A stretch of DNA of 26,662 nucleotides from positions 1 to 26,662 of the IMG/VR virus record IMGVR_UViG_3300032304_001067; one strand, written 5' to 3'. The position numbers and the translations under genes are program-made. This DNA comes from a virus. Lineage: Duplodnaviria; Caudoviricetes. The notes below the pieces were generated by a model. It was not told the origin of the DNA and searched no databases. It worked only from the letters and a program-made list of their open reading frames with translations. Shown piece after piece: positions 24,800 through 26,662 of the stretch (positions are counted from its first letter, which is position 1; every line of letters begins with the position of its first letter).

Positions 24800-25579
24800 T
24801 TACCCGAACAAGCCGCGAGACTTACCGCGAGCAGTAGCGCTCATGATACGTTCTCTGTATTTTGCATAATCATTCATCGACATTGACTGAATATCTTCAG
24901 CCGTTAACGCACGTTGCTCCGAATTGTCGTCCATTGGTCCGAGCGGGGGCGTGGTTACCCTTGTCCCCGTCATTTCTTTACGCGCATTTTGCATTGCAAA
25001 TTGCGCCGACTCAAGAATCTTGTTTGAACGTTCTTTCAAACCCTCAATACTTGCTTCTACTTCTTCGCGGGTATTGCCGCTAATTAGGTCTACAAGTTCT
25101 GGGATAATGTTTTCGCGTTCTGCTTCTACACGTTGTGAACGGTAGTTCTGCAGGTCAGCAAAAGTTCTTTCGCGTTCCAGAAGAGCGAAGGCACGTTCAC
25201 GTTCTTGACGCTCACGCTCCAACTGCTCCTGCCACTCTGCTTCCTTAGTCTTAAGCAAAGTACGAACATCCATGTCACTTTCAAGAGCTTCCTGCTGAGC
25301 CTTAGCTTTTGCTTCTGCTTCTGCAGCACGTGCAGCAAGTTCTGCTTCACGCTCTTTCTTAATGCCATCTAGTTCTTCCTTCAGCTTATCAATCTGAGGG
25401 TAGAGTTTTTCCTTCTCCTGGCTACGAACTTTAACCAGGTCTTCTTCCGTATAAAATTTGGAAGTCGCCTTAGTAGTAGGTGCGTCAGCAACAACAGCGT
25501 TGTTTGACGACTCAGCTACGACTGGAACGGTTCCTGCTTCAGCTGCAAAAGCCTCTGCATTTAGTCCTGCTGTTTCCAT
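24800..25579 (-). CDS. Capsid scaffolding protein
   Basis: E/K/R/A-rich coiled coil between portal and capsid genes; YTEEDL...R..EK and C-terminal DIQSMSMNDYAKYR helix. Confidence 0.85.
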   Translation of the reverse strand: METAGLNAEAFAAEAGTVPVVAESSNNAVVADAPTTKATSKFYTEEDLVKVRSQEKEKLYPQIDKLKEELDGIKKEREAELAARAAEAEAKAKAQQEALESDMDVRTLLKTKEAEWQEQLERERQERERAFALLERERTFADLQNYRSQRVEAERENIIPELVDLISGNTREEVEASIEGLKERSNKILESAQFAMQNARKEMTGTRVTTPPLGPMDDNSEQRALTAEDIQSMSMNDYAKYRERIMSATARGKSRGLFG

Positions 25580-25657
25580 ACAAGATTCCTTTTTCTCCTA
25601 GGGGTCGTTTTCCGAATGCCCTTACGGGCGTAACACATATGACCAAACGTTGTATAT

Positions 25658-25686
25658 ATTGTCTTTGTTAATACAAAAAATGTCAG
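25658..25686 (-). promoter_or_regulatory. Candidate sigma70-type promoter for scaffold-capsid operon
   Basis: Minus strand CTGACA-17 nt-GACAAT in the AT-rich portal-scaffold gap. Confidence 0.5.
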
Positions 25687-25695
25687 GGTAAACCT

Positions 25696-26662
25696 TTATT
25701 TTTCGTACTCTTCTGGTACGCGCCTCTGTGGGAGGACCGTGCCATAAGCTTCTGTGACCAGCTTGTTACGAAGGTCGGCTTCACCCATATCGGCAGCCAT
25801 TAGCGCTTCATCTATTGTTGCTGGTAATACGGCTGGAGCTCCAGGAGCGCCAGCTTCACTTGGGGCACCAGGGGCACCACCAGTTTCTGGATTAGGCATA
25901 GTGCCTGTAAGTTCAGCAATTTCTTGTTCAACCTGCGTTTGTAGGAGTCGTAGTGCCCCATCAGCCACAGCATCATCCATAAGTTCCTGACGAATTTCAT
26001 TGAGCTTATCGCTTGGGAAAGACTCCCCAAGTGAGCGGAGTGCCCCTTCTTTAGACTCAAGGCCTAGGGACAGCATAGATTGAACTTCATTAAGTGCAAT
26101 CAACTTATCCAATGGAAGAGGTTGTGGGAAATGTACATATGTTTGGTATGTGAGTGGGTCGTTAGGGTCTAAGCGGTCAACCTGACCTGTCTTAAGCTTT
26201 ACGTTGCGGCTAGGGTCCCAGATAAGCATCTCTGGTTCTTTTACAGCAAGGCTGCGAATAATAAGCTGATTAATAAGTTCTAGTCCACGTGCATATTGAA
26301 TAATCTTCTGATGGTAACGATTCATCAAAGGCTGGAACATAATCGAAAGGGCTACCCCTGATGTATTAGAGATAGGCTGGGCCTGACCAAGTGCGGTCTC
26401 AGGTACACCAACCATTTCATGCATAGACTTCTTTAGCATAGCTAGGAAGTCCATAGCACCCTTTAAACCTTGTGAGCCACCTTCTAGGTTTTCTACCTTC
26501 GCGTCTTTTGGTAGACCGCCCCAGACTTTGTTAGCGCCTTTTTCCAATTGTGAAGCTTTGGCACCAATGATGACTGTGACGGGAGCAGCATGATAATTAA
26601 CGATGTCAGCGATGTCAGTAGCAGTCTCGTTATAAGTACGGTTAATATTAATAATATCGAAA
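25696..26662 (-). CDS. Portal protein (SPP1 gp6-like), C-terminal part; 5'-truncated
   Basis: Frame stays open to the window edge (FDIININRTYNETATDIADIVNYHAAPVTVIIG...); GVPETALG...SNTSGVAL motif; precedes scaffold and capsid. Confidence 0.88.
   Translation of the reverse strand, partial: FDIININRTYNETATDIADIVNYHAAPVTVIIGAKASQLEKGANKVWGGLPKDAKVENLEGGSQGLKGAMDFLAMLKKSMHEMVGVPETALGQAQPISNTSGVALSIMFQPLMNRYHQKIIQYARGLELINQLIIRSLAVKEPEMLIWDPSRNVKLKTGQVDRLDPNDPLTYQTYVHFPQPLPLDKLIALNEVQSMLSLGLESKEGALRSLGESFPSDKLNEIRQELMDDAVADGALRLLQTQVEQEIAELTGTMPNPETGGAPGAPSEAGAPGAPAVLPATIDEALMAADMGEADLRNKLVTEAYGTVLPQRRVPEEYEK

Noticed and set aside
251-25990. Plus-strand ORFs in the track (e.g. 7224-7892, 1810-2160, 2836-3129)
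   Set aside because: All are antisense to well-supported minus-strand genes; 7224-7892 is the Phe/Leu-rich mirror of the Lys-rich microproteins.
653-26060. Alternative-frame minus-strand ORFs nested in large genes (e.g. 13296-13610, 15577-15906, 23633-23971)
   Set aside because: No SD or recognisable motifs; Leu/Val/Gln-rich composition expected from off-frame reading of biased codons.

Overview
The window is a continuous minus-strand virion morphogenesis region of a tailed phage with a contractile tail (myovirus). In transcription order (right to left) it encodes: portal (5'-truncated), scaffold, major capsid protein, a small capsid-adjacent protein, a head-tail adaptor with extra domains, a ~12 kb block of fibre/decoration genes (collagen-like proteins, an Mtd_N-collagen protein, two >1000-aa modular beta-rich proteins), a GT2-TPR glycosyltransferase, a head-closure-like protein, a chain of TAATG-coupled genes ending in five Lys-rich microproteins (four missed by the ORF track; two Cys-rich, one with an EF-hand loop), neck/tail-completion genes, sheath, tube, a tail assembly chaperone with an apparent +1 programmed frameshift (TTT CGT), a tape measure protein with a lytic transglycosylase domain, and a truncated downstream tail gene. 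Gene style and TANNNT promoter-like elements suggest an actinobacterial host (inference). No tRNA, rRNA, CRISPR array or mobile element was seen. All family calls are motif recognition by eye, not database results.
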